Below are positions 1-15,075 of a stretch of 64,000 nucleotides of DNA, piece by piece. Numbering within the stretch: position 1 is the stretch's first letter; each line of letters begins with the position of its first letter. Under the pieces are notes generated by a model. That model was not told the origin of the DNA. It did no database searches and saw only the letters and a program-made list of their open reading frames with translations. Origin of the DNA: Octopus sinensis (lineage: Eukaryota); the NCBI RefSeq assembly GCF_006345805.1, contig NC_043017.1:4712001-4776000 (forward strand), written 5' to 3'. The translations under genes and the position numbers were made by a program.

Positions 1-49
1 TTCAATAACCTGATATTTTGGCAGAAGTTGTAAAGATATGTAGACCCAC

Positions 50-239
50 CTTCTCATTGAGACACTCAACCAAGTCTCTGACATACCCTCTTGTTTCCTG
101 GAAGAATTTGAACCGTTCTTCCAGGACGCTGGAACTTTTCTCTGCTTCCTCAATCTCTTTGTTAGAGTCTTCCAGGTGAAGCAACAGAGTGTCATGTTCG
201 CTCACATGACTGCGATGTACTTCCATTATTGAATCTAAG
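50..239 (-). CDS. PAXBP1: PAXBP1 exon 8 (gene continues beyond window start)
   Basis: LDSIMEVHRSH...EERFKFFQETRGYVRDLVECLNEK matches the NTR2/GCFC motif Y-F-QEMRGYV-DL-EC--EK; donor GTGGGT. Confidence 0.92.
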
Positions 240-2594
240 CTGCACAGACCAAAATCAGAAACAGATTTTTTTTTAAGTAAAACACATGGGAAAATAATAA
301 TAATAATAATAATAATGATAAAATAATTATTCTGAAAAAGGCAAAAATATCCACAATAATAATAAACAACAATAAAAGTCTGCTAAGTAAAAGCTTATAG
401 AATTGCATCAGTGATGTCCATGCTACCAGCACCGTGCTGAGTCCATGTTCCATACACTGGGATCTTTCTGGCAAAGTCTAACTGCTCCAAGACTCAGAAC
501 AGACTTTGAGAAAAAGGACAAGTTGCTGAGAAGGTCATGAATAGCAACAAAAGGACTTTGACTAACGAACAACCAATTGATCGTTTAACCAACAAATTAA
601 ACAAACAATCCATTAGTTAGTTGGTTATATATTCAAATAATTGACTAACAATAAAGAAGTGATATTGAACCAGCACGTGTGCTTATTATTATTGGTGTAA
701 TGACCCTCCCAAGATACAAAATTTGTTTCAACACATGAATTCACACCAAGAATCTTTTTTTTTACAGGTTTTCAAGACAGCTGCTGAGAGGAAGTTATTT
801 TCACATCAGAGACTATCTGATCTGATCTGGTCTGGGTCTGAATGTGTTGAACATAACTTACTCCCTTGAAGTCACACAAGAGTGACCAGGAGGTGGTACT
901 AAAACGACTGTATTCCTCTCAAATCACCCAAAGGTGACCAAGCGGTTGAGTTATACTGGGCAAAGGAATCAGTCTCCTATCCAACAACAACAAGAACAGT
1001 TCCTCTGTCAAGCTTCCACACAGTTTCCATCTACCAAATTTCACTCACAAGGCTTTGGTTGACCTATGTCCATACCTATGAGTTACTAAAGAACAAATAA
1101 AACTTGGTAGTGGAGGTGGCAGGAGCACTATAAATACCAAGTGTTTCAGTAGTTTACAAGAGCATAATAACCAGTGCTTGACAACTGGTGTTGGTTTGTT
1201 TACATTTCTGTAACTTAACAGTTCAGCAAAAGGGACTAATAGAATAAGTACCAGACCTAAAAAAAAAAGTACAGGAGACGATTTTTTTGTCTAGACCCTT
1301 CAATGTAATGCCCCAGTATGGCCACAGTCTAAAGACAGAAATAAGTTACAGATGAAAGAAGATATATTTCACTCCAAATTCAATGATATCTGCCTTTAGC
1401 GGACATTAAATAATCCTGATTTCATATATGTTGCATTTTATACTGTTTGGTAACTCTTCAATTGAATAAAATGGAAATTGATTTGGTTTTCGATTTCTCT
1501 GGATTAAGAATTAACGAAGCAGGTGCCAGTTCTATACCGTGGCTTAAGATACGGTTAAAGATTCTGACTAAGCAACTTTACTTGAGGCCTGATATGTTTA
1601 TGCTTACTCCTGGATCAGACTGGTAAGGGAGCTGAAGTATCATGTAAGAACTATGTTTAGCTCTGGCACCATAGGAAGCTCAATCATCATCATCATCATT
1701 TAACGTCCGTTTTCCCATGCTGGCATGGGTTGGACGGTTCAACCGGGGTCTGGGAAGCCAGGAGGCTTCACCAGGCTCCAGTCTGATCTGGCAGTGTTTC
1801 TGCAGCTGGATGCCCTTCCTAATGCCAACCACTCCGTGAGTGTAGTTTGTTTAATGCTTACTGACAGGAACCCTAACATATTCAGTCACATACACCCAAA
1901 TATTGATTAATTCATTTAGAAAATTAAATTGTAAGGAAATGAAAAGCACCATAACATTAATCCTTTAGCATTCAGATTCTTCTTTCAAATGTAAAGCTTA
2001 TGTATTCACACCATGTAAAATTAATCTTGCATCATTTCATGCCTTTGAGATTTCAATAATGTGAATGTTTATTTTTTAAATGACACAATAAGGTAGCTAT
2101 GAATGACCATATCTGACTAGTTTGAACATAAAATAGGTAGAATATTTTGGCCGGATATGGCCAGTTTAAACACCACAATATTAAATTCCTAATCTAAAAT
2201 AGTAACCAATTCAATGTTGAACAGAATAAAATTTAAGATCTGAAGCCTGTTGAGGCCATACTTATACAAAAATAAACTAGCAAAAACACATATACCATAC
2301 CAGTAAGATATATGAAAATCAAATAATGTAGCTTGTTTCATATAACGGATAATAAAATATTAAAAAAACAAAAAAACTTGAGGATGGTCAGTAGAAGATG
2401 CTGCAGAAACAGTCCTTCTTGTTGACCAGTCACCAAGCTATGCCTACCTTTTGCTGTCTGTAAAAGCTTTGTCTGTTCAGTGTACCATTGAATCGAAAAG
2501 CTTCTTGGGTGACATCAGAAGATACATGCCTCTGGATAGATATGGTACTTACCAACCTGCGCTGACAGTTGGGGAATAAAACAAGCAGACTTAC

Positions 2595-2785
2595 CGCTCT
2601 TTAAGTTTCTTTTGTATCAGTTCTAGAGTTAACTCATTAGAGCCTTTGGAAGTGAGGGAAAAGGGTTGGAAATTGGATTTCACAGCTTGGTTAATATAGG
2701 ACGCCTGGTCAGCTTTATAGTTAGCATCCCCTTTCTCTGCAGGAGGCAATGCATACTGTGTTGGTTGGTCATCATCGCGGCTCAC
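2595..2785 (-). CDS. PAXBP1: PAXBP1 exon 7
   Basis: VSRDDDQPTQ...LTLELIQKKLKE(R); gtgcag acceptor and GTAAGT donor; phase 0 to 2. Confidence 0.85.
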
Positions 2786-3418
2786 CTGCACATTAGAAAA
2801 AAAATATATATAATAGAGATCAAGTTCTATTACTTATGATATATATATTTCAAAATCTATAATATTATATATTTTACTTCGGTATACGATGCAGAATTAT
2901 TTCAAAAAAGGGAAATACGAATCACCCCCACCTGCCAAAAAAACTAACCAGGAGTGGCTGCGTTGTAAGTAGCTTGCTTACCAAAACCACATGGTTCTGG
3001 GTTCACTCCCACTGCGTGGCACCTTGGGCAAGTGTCTTCTACTATAGCCTTGGGCCGAGCAAAGCCTTGTGAGTAGATTTAGTAGACAGAAGCTGAAAGA
3101 AGTCTATCGTGTGTGTGTGTGTGTGTATATATATATACACACACACATATATATATATATATATACACATATGTATATGTTTGTGTGTCTGTGTTTGTCA
3201 CCCCATTATCACTTGACAACTGATGTTGCTATGTTTACGACCCCATAACTTAGCAGTTCAGCAAAAGAGACTGATAGAATAAGTACTAGGCTTACAAAGA
3301 ATAAGTCCTGGGATCGATTTCTTCGACTAAAAAGCAGTGCTCCAGCATGGCTGCAATCAAACGACTGAAACAAATAAAAGAAACATTTGGAGGAAAGCCA
3401 AAAAAATAGTCAACTTAC

Positions 3419-3495
3419 CTGTTGAAGATTGACAGCTTTTCTTATCTGCTGTTCTTCCCACCCGCTTTCTAGATCACTTCCTTCTTGATCACTAC
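3419..3495 (-). CDS. PAXBP1: PAXBP1 exon 6
   Basis: (G)SDQEGSDLESGWEEQQIRKAVNLQQ with the conserved WEEQQIRK motif; phase 1 to 0. Confidence 0.9.
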
Positions 3496-3943
3496 CTGGA
3501 GAAGATAATCAAAAGCCAAAGTTTATTACAATCCACAATGAGACTTCACACTGGATCAAAAGTAAAATAAGGCTAAACTATTATAAAATAGATGAGAGAG
3601 ATGGAGGAACTTACAAAAGGAGGAAGATGAAGCAATGGAGAGCGGACAAAGAGACAAATACTTTTCAAGACTAAGCACAAATCTTGTTTGTTCTTAACAC
3701 TAAGATAAATTAAATAATTAAGGTGGTAAACGGGCAGAATTGTTAGCATGCTGGACAAAATGCTTAGCAGTATTTCGTCTGTCCTTACTTTCTGAGTTCA
3801 AATTCTGCTGAGGTCAACTCTGCCTTCCATACTTTCAGGGTTGATAAAATAAGTACCAGCCTAACCCTAACCCCTCTCTCCTGAACTTGCAGGCCTTGTG
3901 CCAAAATTTGAAACCAATATTATTTGATATTACAGTAACTAAC

Positions 3944-4065
3944 CATGTTCTGCAGCTAAGAACTCATCTTTCATCTTCTGCCGTTCTCTCGCTTCTCTGT
4001 TGACAGCGAAATCTATTCTTCCTTCTTCATCATCATCATCATCCGATTTATCATGGTCATCATCT
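3944..4065 (-). CDS. PAXBP1: PAXBP1 exon 5
   Basis: (R)DDDHDKSDDDDDEEGRIDFAVNREARERQKMKDEFLAAEH; cttacag acceptor and GTTAGT donor; phase 2 to 1. Confidence 0.9.
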
Positions 4066-5937
4066 CTGTAAGAAAAATAAAATAGATTTATTATATACAA
4101 AGTACTTTCACCATTCCACAACCACCATTCAACTCAATACATTACACCTGCTACATCACACACTTCTCTTAATCCATTAGCATTTAAATGGGTCATATCC
4201 AACTCAAATATTCTACCTGTTTTCCAAACTGACCAGATCTTATTTCTTTATTGCCCACAAAAGGCTAAACATAGAGGGGACAAACAAAGACAGACAAAGG
4301 GATTAAGTCGATTACATCAACCCCAGTGTGTAACTGGTACTTAATTTATCGACCCCGAAAGGATGAAAGGCAAAGGCGACTTCAGAGGAATTTGAACTCA
4401 GAACATAGCGGCAGACGAAATACCGCTAAGCATTTCGTCCGGTGTGCTAACATTTCTGCCAGCTCACTGACTAGATCTGGCCCATCACATTTACTCTACA
4501 ATGTCATTCTAAAAAAAACAAAAAATAATTCACATTCTTGAAATCTTAAAACTATAAGATAATGTAGGGTTAATTCAGCACCTATGCTGGTGCCATATAC
4601 AAAGCACCTGTACAGGTACCATGTAAAAAGCAACCATGTCGGTACCACATATAAAACACCCACTACACTGTATGAAGTGGTAGGCATTAGGAAAGGCAAC
4701 CGGCCATAGAAACTATGCCAGAACAGACAATTGGAGCCTGGTGCAGCTCTTCAGCTTGCCAGCTCTATCCAACCTATGTCAGCATAGAAAACGGACGTTA
4801 AATCATGGTGATGATGATGACGATAATATGGATAAATAAATATTACATTTGACAGAGTAATCTGAATGCTAAAGAGTTAATATTGCTAACCAGGATACTC
4901 TACAGCTAAACACTGTCCACAAATCCCCCACGTCTTGACAATACAGATCCCATACTGAATATTCTGGTCAATCCTTCATTCTACCCCAGAAATGCTTCAT
5001 CCTTATTAAGTCCCTTCTCTGTTTATATCTGTCCATCAGACCACCAACAATCATACTAACCTCGCCAAACTAAGACACACTAAAAAGCAGCTGTTGCTGC
5101 AATTCACCAATGTAAACTAACAATGATATGAAAATTACTTATGTGACATCTTTATCTAGAAATATCATCATCATCATCAACATCCACCTCCTCCTCCTTG
5201 CCACCAAAAGACATTTTATTTCATGTTGCTCCAGTCCACTCAGCCGACAAAAACGTTTTGCGGAGGGCCAGCATTGTTCCATTTTATGCGATGCTGAACC
5301 TCCCTGAAAACTATGTTATGGGTACGCGTGTCTGCAGCGAGCTGGGCGAAATGCTTAGCAGTATTTCATCTGCCGTTACGTTCTGAGTTCAAATTCTGCT
5401 GAGGTCGACTTTGCCTTTCATCCTTTCGGGATCGATAAATTAAGTACCAGTTACGCACTGGGGTCGATGTAATCGACTTAATCCGTTTGTCTGTCCTTGT
5501 TTGTTCTCTCTGTGTTTAGCCCCTTGTGGGTAGTAAAGAAATGAGTATGAATGTCTGTAGTTGTTCCCTTGATTGGATCATCTGGAATATGTGTCATTGT
5601 TACTGAAGGAGCAACAGTTTATGTAATAATGAGTGTAGTAGTAGTAGTAGCAGTTATCCTTCTGTGAAAGACGAAGTCTTGGAATTCACTTGAGCCACAT
5701 CCCTCGTAATAATGCCTGTTAATTAATCCTCTCCAGGTCTTATAAGATTTTTTTAAAAAAACTTTTTTTTTTTTATTGGAATATGGAATAGGCCCACCCA
5801 GCAAGGGCTGATGGTGTTAACCAATGAAATCCTACAAGAGGGAGACAGCAGCTTCAACTAACCAAGTCTCAAAAGGCAATAAAATTGTCAGACAAACAAA
5901 TTCATTAAAAGCAAAGAAATGTCATAAATTTACTCAC

Positions 5938-6070
5938 CTGACGAGGCGAGAGTTGGAGTTCTCAGCTTTAGCTCCAGCTTCATCTAACGGAATGAAATCC
6001 CCCATCTCTCGTGCCATTTGCCTCTTCTTCCGTATCATATGTATCATGGTAGCATCTGGGATTTCACCCT
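5938..6070 (-). CDS. PAXBP1: PAXBP1 exon 4
   Basis: GEIPDATMIHMIRKKRQMAREMGDFIPLD matches the recalled GEIPDAA-IH-ARKKRQ-ARE-GDF motif; AG/GT boundaries; phase 1 to 2. Confidence 0.92.
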
Positions 6071-7185
6071 CTGAAACAAGCAAAGTTTTAAGCAAAATAG
6101 AAAATATCCCACTTTCATCATTGTTATTTAAATTTCAAGTTCCACTCGAAAAGGAAAGTGAGGGTAGAGAGGGAAGTGTTGTCTTCTAGTAAATTTGTTG
6201 AAATAAGGGGGTGGATGTCAGAAAAATAGCCAGTATGGATGGACCAAGTCTGAGAATATACCTGTAACAAAAAACATAAAGTATAAAAGGAGAAGGGCTC
6301 TTGCCCTCTTGATCAGGCACCCCTATTGGGAGTTTTTTTTTTACTTATTACATTGTTTTTATTGTTATCAGATGTTTACATGAATGTTTTTGTTTTTGGC
6401 AAAACCCTTTGTATATCGTCTTGTGTTGTCCTTTAATGTTTTAATTTATATTAGCCCTTGTGGCCAATAAAAAGAATTGATTATTTAATCCTGTCATGCT
6501 GTGTTCTTGCTATACAGTGGGAACAGCTTAAACACCATCTCTACTGGATTCCCGGTAAGGCAGTAATGAACATGTAAAAAGAGAAGAATTACTATTAAAA
6601 TTAGACAACTGATCCCATTGCAGTTTTGTAGTCAAGTGAGTTTATCACTCTTTGTTAATGGTGCCCCCCCCCCATGGCTGTTGTTTACTTTTGAAGATAA
6701 AAGGAAACAATTTTGTGATGAACCCAGCACATTGCCTTGTAAACAAGCAAGGCCCAGACTCTTTGCAGCTGAGGAAATTAATGGTGATATTTATTCTTCA
6801 GATGAAGAATTTACACCTACGCTGGCAATGAGAGAGATTCAGACAATCAAACTGGTGAAAGAGGTGAGAAAAGTAGCGATTCAGATGAACAAATACAGGA
6901 GTTGAGAGAGAGGGGACTGTTATTATTATTATTGTTATTCTCCTGAACTTTTGTGTGATTCTGTCCATTAGTTTGCCTGCAATTGTTACTCTTGAGCTGT
7001 ATAAGCATCTATTTATTTTTTGGCTCAGGTACCCAGGTGGAGGGTAAAGTTAGACATAGGGGCCCAGGTTTGAGAGGGTTAACAACCATTATTCCATGCT
7101 TGTAGGAGTCAGTACTTACTAAAGGGCAAGCGAGTCATCATGCAGAAATTTAGCTGAACAAAAAGTTGAAATATGGCTAACTTAC

Positions 7186-7300
7186 TTTTCAAAACTGCCC
7201 TTAACATTTTGCGATCTTTGGGAGTTTCTTCATCACTTTCAGGCTCTTCATTTATAAGGGCATCATCTCCATTAAGAGTACACAGCTCTTCCCGGAGTCG
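7186..7300 (-). CDS. PAXBP1: PAXBP1 exon 3
   Basis: ttttttccag acceptor and GTAAGT donor; RLREELCTLNGDDALINEEPESDEETPKDRKMLRAVLK; phase 0 to 1. Confidence 0.82.
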
Positions 7301-8266
7301 CTGGAAAAAAGAGGGAAGAAAAGGTTTTCAAATTATAAAACTCAGAAAATTCTTTGGGCTTATCTGCCGAAACCAAAATAATTCTTTCTACTAGAAGCAC
7401 AAGGCTGGAAATTTTAGGGGAGAGGACTGGTAATTACATGGACCTCAGTGCTCAACTTGTTCTTATTTTATCAACCCCTAAAGAATGAAAGGCAAAGTTG
7501 ACCTTGGAGGAATTTGAACTCAGAACTCAGAATGTAAAGACAGGAAATGCTGCTAAGCATTTTGTCTGGTGTGCTAACAATTCTGCCAGCTCACCTTATC
7601 ATTATTAATAATAAATTAATAAGTGTATGACAGAATTGTGGAGGCACAATGGCCCAGTGGTTAGGGCAGCGGACTCGCGGTAGGAGGATCGCAGTTTCGA
7701 TTCCCAGACAGGGCGTTGTGTGTGTTTATTGAGCGAAAACAGCCAAAGCTCCACTAGGCTCCAGCAGGGGGTGGTGGCGAGCCCTGTTGTACTCTTTCGC
7801 CCCAACTTTCTCTCACTCTTTCTTCCTGTTTCTTGAGTAACGCTGCGATGGACTGGTGTCCCGTCCAGCTGGAGGGAACACATACGCCACAGAAACCAGG
7901 AAACCAGGCCCATGAGCCTGGCTAGGCTTGAAAAGGGTGCATAAATAATAAAAAAAATAAATGACAGAATTAGTAGAGCAATGGACTAAATATCTTGTGG
8001 TATTCTGCTTCAGCTCTTTAAGAGTACTTGGGTTCTTGATATTGACTAAACCCTTCCCCTCAAAATTGGTAGCCTTGTGCCTAAATCAGAAACCGTTAAT
8101 ATTATATCATTAAGTCAACCTTGAGAGTATTTGAACTCAGAAATGCTGCTAAGCATTTTGCTTGTCATGCTAACCATTCTGCCAGCTCAGTGAAATCCTA
8201 ATGATCGACTATTTCATTTGAGACAAAGTAAAACAAAAATCAAAGAGAAATTAACTCTGAACTTAC

Positions 8267-8460
8267 TCGTAGCTTTTCTTCCGTGTTTACTACAGGAGGT
8301 GCCTCAACAGGGGGAGTGGCTGGCGCTGTCTTTGGTGCCGCTGGTTGTTCTTCTTCAGTCTTCTTTCTTTCCTCTTTCTCTTTTAGACTTTCCTTCTTTA
8401 GTTGTTTCGCTATCCGTTTGCTATGACTAGATTTTTTGACTTGGAAAATTTCGGCATCAC
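8267..8460 (-). CDS. PAXBP1: PAXBP1 exon 2
   Basis: tttgtag acceptor and GTAAGT donor; (G)DAEIFQVKKSSHSKRIAKQLKKE...EEKLR; phase 1 to 0 fits neighbouring exons. Confidence 0.88.
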
Positions 8461-10322
8461 CTACAAATAGAGATCACACATTGTTTTGGTTCCAATAGGA
8501 AAACACGACCACAAGCAACAGCTATCTCTTACTCAGATATGGGCACGAGTATGGGTAAATGGTTAAGAAACTCTCTTCACAGTAACATGGTGATTTGGGT
8601 TCAATCTCACTGCATGGTACCTTGAGCAAGAGTCTTCTATTATTGCATCACACAGGCCAAAATATATATATATATATACATATATAAATATATACAATTG
8701 AGGAGATAATTATAATCCAGGCAATCACCCCATCTCTTCAGGTAAGAACCTGGCTAATGTAGTATTCCATTAACTGAATAAACGTTGATTAAATCTCAGG
8801 GTTATACCTCGGATTTGCAAATCCAAGGTATAATCCAGTAGGCATTATATATATATATAATCTCCAAAAAAGTTGAGAGCACATTGGCAGTTTTTAAGAT
8901 GGTTTATTTTTGAAGGTTTAACCAGTTTCACAAGTTTTTTCTGATTTTTTAAATGTAAAGTGAGATAGAAAGATGTGGAGCTCAGAATAGCCCCATGTCT
9001 TTGTATTGTATTTAACTTCTGAAAATACATTTCTACCCATGTGGAAATAAAGAGCTTTCTTTTCTCTCTCTTACACTATAGATATGTACACAGACACATA
9101 CACAAATACAAGATATCTGTCAATGTAATGCTACCATTTTATCATCCACTTGTCCATACCTACAAAGGTCAGAAAGAATTTGGTTGGAATTTGTTGAGGC
9201 AAATTTTCTACGACCAGATGCCCTTCCTATTGGGGATATATATTTTCCTCGTAGCTGGACAGGTTTTTATGGTGGATTGGAAACATACAACACCACTTGT
9301 ATGATGGTGATGCTCGTTTACAAATACTCCACAATGTCAAGACAAGAAGTCACTAACACATGATAGGCTTCTGTCTACTAAATTCACCAACAAGGTTTTG
9401 GTGGGCCAGGAGGCATAGTAGAAAACACTACTAGAAGTTATCCTCCAATGCACAAGCCCAGGCAAAGGTTGTTTATGGAAGACCAGCAGTCACCCATGCA
9501 TAACAGCATCCCTTCTGCATACTGTTGATGCTATCCAAGAGAAAGGCAAAGGGGCCGATACAGTTTGGCACCAGTGACATCACAACCCATTTCTACAGCT
9601 GAGTGAACTGGAATACCATGAAATAAAGTGTCTTGCTCAAGAACACAACATGCAGCCCAGTCTGGGCATCGAACTCACTACCTCATGATTGTGAGCCTGA
9701 CGCTCTAACCACTGTGCATATTTCCACTTTATTTATAATTGAAGAGTTTTCTCCAAACATTTTTAACTGCAAAGTCTTTGATCAATCCTTCACTGATACA
9801 CTTTCAAATTATATTTATCTCTTTATTACCCACAGGGGGCTAAACATAGAGGGGACAAACAAGGACAAAGGGATTAAATTGATTACATCGACCCCAGTAT
9901 GTAACTGGTACTTATTTAATCGACCCCGAAAGGATGAAAGGCAAAGTCGACCTTGGTGGAATTTGAACTCAAAATGTAATGGCAACCGAAATACCACTAA
10001 GCATTTCGCCCAACGCACTAACGATTCTGCCAGCACGCTGCTATTTCAAATTATATTTCCAACCATATAAGTCACATCGAATATTATTTTAGCAAGTTTG
10101 AAGTGATTTCTTTTGTGGTGTAGACCATTTACCGTTTCTGTGGTTCCCCTGCTTCCCATGATGCCCTGAACATGTGCTGGCTGCAGTGTTTCAATGTTGT
10201 TTGTGTTCTTTAAAGTCCTACAACCTATCAGTTTGAATTGAAATTAATAAAACTACCAAATGAAAAAGTACAGGGTGCTGATCTAAATCCTTGAAGGTGG
10301 GGCTTCAACATAGCTAGTCAAA

Positions 10323-10630
10323 TGACTTGACTTGACTTGAGACAGCATTCACCAGGGGTGGGTTGAGCTGGCTTCATTCATTCTCAAACGCCGACCAGAC
10401 CTGGCGATTTGAGGCTAACGACCGCGTGATCTCCAACCACTCCTTATTCCAGCGGTGAACGCCGTAGATATGGGGGGGCCAAGGTTGGGTTCCAGATCAG
10501 CCTTGACTGTCATCAGCCAGGTTTTTCGTTGTCCACCACATCGCTTAGGCCAACCCTGAAGGGGAGCCGGGGCAATTGCTTCGTAGATGAATTCTTCTGG
10601 TTGGCGAAACATTTGCTGACGTCCAGTTTG
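10323..10630 (-). mobile_element. RTE-like LINE 3' end with (CAAGT)n tail
   Basis: WPKRCGGQRKTWLMTVKADLEP motif; minus strand ends TCAAGTCAAGTCAAGTCA. Confidence 0.7.
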
Positions 10631-10686
10631 CTATCAATGAGCTCCAACCAGTCCAAATGACTGAAACCATTAGAAGAATTAATCCA

Positions 10687-10907
10687 TAAACCTTTAACAT
10701 TAAAACTGGTCATATCCAGCCCAAACCCGTTTCATGTTCAAACTGGCCTGTTCTAACCTCCCACACCTGATCTAAAATGTCATTCTAAGCATAAACAACC
10801 ACGACATTGAAATCTAAAATAATTACAAGATAATGCAGGATTAATTAAAAATAATGTGAATAAATAAGATTACATTTGACAGAGTAATCTGAATGTTAAA
10901 AGGTTAA
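10687..10907. mobile_element. piggyBac-like MITE (related copy ~1955-2175; partial ends at ~4180, ~4840 and ~20625)
   Basis: Ends (T)AAA-CCTTTAACATT and AATGTTAAAAGG-TTAA; internal sequence shared between copies. Confidence 0.55.
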
Positions 10908-13900
10908 TAATTCCTGGGATACATGTATAACAGCAAAAATCCAAACAATAACAGATCCATTTTCAATACATTCTGGCAGATATGAATGTCAATATCTAAT
11001 CATTGTTGTTCTTTTTTGCCACTTGAGAATGTCTTCTTCTTTTAGACAAAGTGTACACAACGATTATGATTCACCAGTTCACTGGCATCTCTTTTACTCT
11101 TTTACTTGTTTCAGTCATTTGACTGTGGCTATGCTGGAGCACCGCCTATCATAAAACAAGGCTTGCTGTGAAGTCTGTGACAAGCTGGCAAGATATTTAC
11201 TTGTTAAGATATATGTTCTGACAACAACTGACATGTATGCTAAACTACTTTTACCAGTTGACACAATACATCATCATCATTTAACATCTGCTTTCCATGC
11301 TGGTATGGGTTGAACAGTTTTATGAGAGCCGGTAAGGCCAGGGGCCATACCAGGCTCCATTCTCTGTTTTGTCATGGCTTCTATGGCTGGATGTCCTTCA
11401 TAATGCCAACCACTTCACAGAGTGTAGTAGAGGCTTTCTATGTGACACCAGCACCAACAAGGTCACTGAGGAATTTGCAAGATTATTATTGTAAATGTTT
11501 TTGTTTTTTTTCTTGAACTCAGTCAAAAGTTAGAGTTCTGGCAAATCGATTGGTAAAATAAGGGTTGTTTAGTCGAGCAAATCGACTCCAGGACTTATTC
11601 TTTGTAAGCTTAGTACTTATTCTATCGGTCTCTTTTGCCGAACCGCTAAGTTACGGGGATGTAAACACACCAGCATCGGTTGTCAAACGATGTTGTGTGT
11701 GTGGGGGGGACAAACACAAACACATATACATATATATATATACTTATATACGACGGACTTCTTTCAGTTTCCATCTACCAGATCTACTCACAAGGCTTTG
11801 GTCGGCCCAACACTATAGTAGAAGATACTTGCCCAAGGTGCCATGCAGTGGGACTGAACCCGGAACCATGTAGTTCGTAAGCAAGCTACTTACCACACGG
11901 CCCCTCAATAATAACACTTTCTACTACAAGCACAGGGCCTGAAATTTGGAGGGAGGGGGTTAATCGATTACATCAACCTTGGTGTTCAACTGGTACTTAT
12001 TTTATCAACACTGGTGCCAGTAAAAAGGAGACACTACACTCTGTGAAGTGGTTGGTGTTAGGAAGGGCATCCAGCCATAAAAAGCAGATGACTGGAGGGT
12101 GGTGCAGCTCTCCACCTTGACAGCTCCCTGTCAAACTGTCCAACCCATGGAAGTGCAGGAAACAGACGTTACATGATGATGAAAGGCAAAGTCGACCTCG
12201 ACTGATTCACTTTTATATTGCGAATCAGATTGCTTCAGAAGAAAATATTTGGGTTGGCACATAGCCTGCTATCAATCAACAGCTAATGCCATGTTAGGAT
12301 TTAAGGCTCACATATTATACCCAGTGTATAAGACGACAGCTCAATACTTTTTTTTTTTGAGGTTAAAAGGTCATCTCACATACAAGGCAACAACAGTATT
12401 GTTGCAGTCGATAGACATGCAAGAGATAGTTACCAAATTTTCCTCAAAAACCGTTTTTATTGGTTTGAGAGAGAAAAGACACGTTGGTTTGTGGAGCCCT
12501 AGAAATATAAAGGCTGGACGATCACGAGTGGAACGCCTTTAATCACAGGTCTGCAGAGTCAAGTGTGACACGAGACTAACATTTTTTGCCCATTGTGAAT
12601 TCAATAACATATTTATTTTCTTGTATCTCGGGAGGGCCATTATACCAGTAATAAACAAGCTACAATAGACTGGGGTCTGGTGCAGCCTTCCAACGTGCCA
12701 GACCCGGTCAAACCGTCCAACCCAAGTCAGCATGGACAACGGACGTTAAATGATGATGATGATGACGAATAGTCTGTTTCAAAACATGAGTTCGTGTCAA
12801 GATTCTTGAAAATCAAAAACAAAAATGTATATCTTTAACCCTTCAAATACCCTTAAACGTAGCTGGCCGTGCTTCAAGAACACATTACGTTATGGAAGAT
12901 TTTAATATTTTCAATAATTTCATTTTTCACATCAAATTATTGATGGAGTAATCAAAACTTATAGTGTGTTCCCATCCCCAAAATGAATAAAATATATCGA
13001 AGTATAGATTTCAAAAAGCGTATCTGGAAAATGGTTTATGTTAATCAAGGTAATGATTACCGCTTCTTGGTTTTGAAAGAAAATACTGTAAATTCGATAA
13101 ATTTAATGAGTAACTTCGAAAAAAACCCACATTTTCATTAACATTATATTCTATATACAGTGTTATGTGAATTACGATAATATTCGAAAGTTGGTCTCTG
13201 AGAAATGGTAGCTGTGTCAGCAAAAACTTAATACAAATATTTGCCAAAGAAGGAAGCCTCTATGAGGTAGCTAGAGCCGCCAGAAATAACAGTCAACCTC
13301 AAATCATATCCCTACTGTCTTCCTTGATCGAAGGGCAGATCAAATAATGTACTACAAAATATACTGGGCATTGTTGTACGGTCAAGTTGACTTTAGGGGT
13401 TGAACAAAAACACGATCTTACAATGGAGCCTTTATCTACGTGGTCATACTTTATAGAAATAGCAGCCAAAATCTCTCACAGATTACGTACAGTTTGTAAA
13501 ACGGAGAAGACACATTGGATAATGTTGTCCGAGGTACGTAATGCCTGAGAAAAATATAAAGGTGAGCACGCCTGGAAAGAATGCCTTCAATCATTGTAGA
13601 ATTTGGTCGATTCGGGGTTGATTTGGGACTAAACAACACTAGTTCACATCTGAGAGGATTTAAAGAGAATATTAAATCGACTTCGGTAATTAACTGGTAA
13701 ATTATTAAACGAAGAATTAAATATAGTTGTTAACAACCGTGATTAGTGAAAAAGTGCTTTAAAAAACTGCTACAAATAATGGTTTTCTTCCATTCCCCAT
13801 AAATAGGGTCAGAAACTGATCTTGGCCAAAGAAGAAATCATATTTTTCACATTTGGAATATAATAACCCCCACACAATCGTGTCCTTGTGCGCATATTTA

Positions 13901-14049
13901 ATAATTAATATAAATCCTGAATACATACACGGTTAATTTAAACCTATGTGTGTACCCATGACTTATATAGCCGCCGATCTATGCCTAAAAGGCAATATAT
14001 ACACCGAATATATATAATCTATGCATTATGCATATTCTATAGACATTAC

Positions 14050-14254
14050 CTTCTTCTGCATCGACGAAACTGAGAAGGTTGGAAACGTCTCGCTTCTTGT
14101 GGGCTTTTTCTTTGACTTTCGCATCGTTGTTGCCGTTGTTGAGCGTGTCTTTCACATGTCCTTCCTCCTTTTCGCCATCGTTCTCATCCTCAGAATCGCT
14201 CGTCGTAATTTTCCTCCTAAAATTTCTTCGAGGTTTTTTAAACATGGTAGCCAT
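14050..14254 (-). CDS. PAXBP1: PAX3/PAX7-binding protein 1 (GCFC family), coding exon 1
   Basis: ATG at 14254; MATMFKKPRRNFRRK...LLSFVDAEE(G); donor GTAATG; phase 1. The N-terminal FKK-RRNFRR and LLSF-D-EE motifs are recalled from PAXBP1. Confidence 0.88.
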
Positions 14255-14394
14255 TTTGGAAATATTACTGTTGCATTCTGGGATGTCTCAATTATAGATC
14301 TTCAATGACTCTGTTATTATGTATGTATGATATACAATAATGATATATTATATATGATATGATATAATATAATACAATAAAAAATATCTATATA

Positions 14395-15075
<681 letters not shown>

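Noticed and set aside
6618-6905. ORF resembling a piggyBac transposase N-terminus (RLFAAEEI..SSDEEF, acidic)
   Set aside because: Short, frameshifted and low complexity, with no clear TTAA-CCC terminus; not supportable.
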